A DNA stretch of 64,000 nucleotides from Nitrosopumilus sp. GTDB lineage: Archaea; Thermoproteota; Nitrososphaeria; Nitrososphaerales; Nitrosopumilaceae. The notes beneath the pieces are model-generated. The model made no database searches. It was not told the DNA's origin and worked only from the letters and a program-made list of their open reading frames with translations. Shown here piece after piece: positions 61,211-64,000 of the stretch. The stretch covers positions 320,001 through 384,000 of the forward strand of contig OZ252243.1 of NCBI GenBank assembly GCA_965249555.1, read 5' to 3'. The first letter of the stretch is position 1. Every line of letters starts with the position of its first letter. Made by a program: the position numbers and the translations under genes.

Positions 61211-63246
61211 ATTGCAAGTATTGCAACAAATGCAGATACAAAGACTATAGCAATTGTGTTTAGTAATTTAATGACAGTGTTTAGTGCAGGTCCTGCAGTG
61301 TCTTTGTAAGGATCACCAATAATGTCACCGACAACTGCAATTTTATGTATTTCAGAGCCTTTTTCTCCTTTCATTTCGATTAGTTTCTTTGCATTATCCC
61401 ATGCACCACCAGTGTTTGCCAAGTGGTATGCCAACAAAATTCCAGTAATAACTGCACCCATCAATAATCCAGCTACTGCAGTTGGACCTAACAATATTCC
61501 CAAAATTATTGGGGCAGTAATTGCAACAATTGCTGGTTTCCAGAGTTCTTTAATTGATGCCACAGTAGCAATATCCACACATTTAGCATAATCTGGTTTT
61601 GATGTTCCTTCAAGAATTCCAGAATCTGCTTTGAATTGCCGTCTAACTTCATCTACCATTTTTCCTGCAGCCCTAGATACACCGTTAATGAGTTGGCCTG
61701 TGATAATAAATGGAATCAACCCACCAATAAGCAAACCAACAATAATTGCAGGATTAGTTAAACTGTAATCCAAGTCTAATACACCTGCAAAGACATGAGC
61801 TGCTTCAAACTGAAATGCTTGAATCATGGCAAGCGCAGCTAATGCAGCACTGGCAATAGCAAATCCCTTTGTAACTGCTTTAGTAGTATTTCCAACTGCA
61901 TCAATTTCATCTGTGACTTTGCGATTTTCCTCACCCATTCCAGTCATCTCGACAATACCACCAGCATTATCTGCAATTGGGCCAAATGCATCAATACTTA
62001 GAACAATTCCTGCAAGACTCAACATCGCCATTGCAGTTAAAGCTGTTCCAAATATTCCATACAGTACCGGGTCTGCACCTTCAGGAGCTGCACCAGATGC
62101 AAGGCTGTATGAAACTATAATTGCAACCACTAATGCAATCATGAATGGTCCCGTTGATTGCATGCCTTTGATAATTCCCATCAATGTTAATGATGCATAA
62201 CCCCACTTTGCAGAGTCTGCAATTTCTATTACAGGACTTTTTTGATAACTGGTGTAATAGTTTGTAATTTTTTGAATTATAGGAACAAGAATTACACCAA
62301 TAACAGTAGAGCCAAACAAAGCATATGCTGCATTTGATTCACCAATGAATTGTGTAATGAATACAAAGTTTAATGCAATTGCAATAGCTGCTGAAACATA
62401 AAATGAACGATTAAGCGGCTTCATAACATCTGTGACATTCTTAGAGCCAACAATTACAACACCAATAATTGATGCAATCATTCCAGAAGAACCAATTAAA
62501 AGTGGGTAAAGGAAAAAGTTTGGTGCACCAATTAATGCTGCAATTAGTAATGCCGCAAGTACTGTAATTATATAAGATTCATAAATATCAGAGCCCATTC
62601 CTGCTGCATCACCAACATTATCTCCTACGTTATCTGCAATAGTTGCAGGGTTTCTAGGATCATCTTCAGGAATATTTACCTCAACTTTTCCCACCAAGTC
62701 TGCACCCATATCTGCAGCCTTTGTAAAGATACCGCCACCAATTCTAATGAATAATGCAATAAGACTAGCACCAATTCCAACACCTGCTATTGTGATTGGA
62801 TCTGGGTAAATCATGTAAAGACCAGTAATTGCTAATAGTGCCATAGCAGGAACTACGAGTCCAACTGTAGCACCACCTCTAAAGGCCATGACAAATGTCT
62901 TTCCTAATCCGCTACCACTCAAATTTGCAGCCCTTACTGCTGCTTTAACTGTAATTTTTAATGAAACTATACCTGCAACTGCTGAAAGTGTCGCACCTAC
63001 TGCAAATGCGATTCCATTGGAAGGAGTCAAGAATGCACCAATAATTATGGTCATAGCAATAGCAACCGGAATTATAATTTTCATTTCACGTTTTAGAAAT
63101 GCTGCTGCGCCTTCTTTGACAGCATCTGAAATATCTGTCATCTCTTTTGTACCTGGAGGTTGCTTCATGATCCAAAAAACCAAGCCCCCAGCGACTAAAA
63201 ATGATACAATGCCTGCAACAAATGGCAGAATTTCTGGGATCTCCAT
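61207..63246 (-). CDS. hppA: Membrane-bound H+-translocating pyrophosphatase, K+-independent type
   Basis: DMGADLVGKVE, DNVGDNVGD, GNTTKA (Lys determinant), GDPYKDTAGP. Confidence 0.95.
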   Translation of the reverse strand: MEIPEILPFVAGIVSFLVAGGLVFWIMKQPPGTKEMTDISDAVKEGAAAFLKREMKIIIPVAIAMTIIIGAFLTPSNGIAFAVGATLSAVAGIVSLKITVKAAVRAANLSGSGLGKTFVMAFRGGATVGLVVPAMALLAITGLYMIYPDPITIAGVGIGASLIALFIRIGGGIFTKAADMGADLVGKVEVNIPEDDPRNPATIADNVGDNVGDAAGMGSDIYESYIITVLAALLIAALIGAPNFFLYPLLIGSSGMIASIIGVVIVGSKNVTDVMKPLNRSFYVSAAIAIALNFVFITQFIGESNAAYALFGSTVIGVILVPIIQKITNYYTSYQKSPVIEIADSAKWGYASLTLMGIIKGMQSTGPFMIALVVAIIVSYSLASGAAPEGADPVLYGIFGTALTAMAMLSLAGIVLSIDAFGPIADNAGGIVEMTGMGEENRKVTDEIDAVGNTTKAVTKGFAIASAALAALAMIQAFQFEAAHVFAGVLDLDYSLTNPAIIVGLLIGGLIPFIITGQLINGVSRAAGKMVDEVRRQFKADSGILEGTSKPDYAKCVDIATVASIKELWKPAIVAITAPIILGILLGPTAVAGLLMGAVITGILLAYHLANTGGAWDNAKKLIEMKGEKGSEIHKIAVVGDIIGDPYKDTAGPALNTVIKLLNTIAIVFVSAFVAILAI

Positions 63247-63282
63247 GTTATACTTTGCTTGCCTCAGTCTGGGAAATATAAA

Positions 63283-63660
63283 TCAATGAGGGAGAATTTC
63301 TTTTCTTTTTTTGTATGGTGAAAATGTTTTTCCTCCAAGTCCTTGCCTTACCAATTTGTTGAATCTTTTACCATGGGATAGATATGGGAATCTCATATGG
63401 ATCAATTCATGAACAACAGTGTTTTCTAGAGTTTTCTCATCTGGGATTTTTCGGACATTAATGAAAACCAGATTGTGTTGAAGATATGAAACTCCATAAT
63501 ACTTGTAGGCAGATGTTCTTAATCCATCTGTCATTTCACGTGGCATGTCAAGTACCTCTTTTGTAACAAACAGGATCTTAGGTTCAGAAATAGAAAACCT
63601 GTTAGAATAAATTCCAACTGTCTCTAGAATTTGCAGTTTGAGATCAGGATCCAGCTTCAC
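63283..63660 (-). CDS. Minimal HExxH zinc metalloprotease (SprT/YgjP-like)
   Basis: VHELIH..HGKRF. Confidence 0.75.
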   Translation of the reverse strand: MKLDPDLKLQILETVGIYSNRFSISEPKILFVTKEVLDMPREMTDGLRTSAYKYYGVSYLQHNLVFINVRKIPDEKTLENTVVHELIHMRFPYLSHGKRFNKLVRQGLGGKTFSPYKKRKEILPH

Positions 63661-63813
63661 ATAGAAAGATCATAAAATGTGTGTTTATTTGGAAATGTCA
63701 ATTGTTATGAGATATTTGGTTTATAATGTTTTGTAGAACGTGCGTATTTTTTTAAATGATAGGCTTGCACGACAAAAATTGTTGAGTAAACATTGGTCAT
63801 CATTTTAGTTCCA

Positions 63814-64000
63814 TCAAGGAAAAATTTCATTTGCAGACACCTTTTTCCAAGCATCTCTTGTGGCAGATTTCTTTGTGTTAACATTGTCTTTCAAACGATA
63901 AAAGTTCAGTTCATTATTTTTCCAGTTGGATAATACCACGTCATCAGCATGATAATATCGTGCTAAAATTTGCATTCTTTTAATATCCATCAATGAGGGC
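63814..64000 (-). CDS. 3' end of a gene running off the window
   Basis: Open frame ..PSLMDIKRMQILARYYHADDVVLSNWK..SANEIFP*. Confidence 0.45.
   Translation of the reverse strand, partial: PSLMDIKRMQILARYYHADDVVLSNWKNNELNFYRLKDNVNTKKSATRDAWKKVSANEIFP

Overview
AT-rich archaeal DNA whose gene content points to a Nitrosopumilus-like ammonia-oxidising archaeon (Nitrososphaerota). Evidence includes ileS, sucCD, rpl40e, pdaD, truD, pth2, ef1b, cdc48, heme O synthase, a blue-copper protein, hppA and an S-layer-like protein. Housekeeping blocks are interrupted by three accessory zones. (1) A ~4.45 kb element is integrated at an intron-containing tRNA-Val(CAC) and bounded by a 13-bp att repeat. Its tyrosine integrase has been destroyed by an IS, but an operon of five tiny related HTH proteins, a winged-helix protein and an HNH nuclease remains intact and translationally coupled. 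(2) A variable island at ~27.7-38.2 kb holds three related cassettes, each a secreted prepro-protein (or its C-terminal remnant) plus a small membrane protein. The two complete ones share a duplicated promoter/signal module and an internal W-x(1-2)-[LI]-P-E-A-x-A motif; the third is an orphan C-terminal cassette. A 172-bp inverted repeat could flip one partner gene. The island also carries a DUF488 module and a decayed IS6-like element. (3) An S-layer-like gene is split by a hybrid IS with an 8-bp target duplication. purD is a decayed pseudogene, and several candidate structured RNAs are present. No CRISPR array or rRNA was seen. All family calls come from motif recognition; no database search was run.
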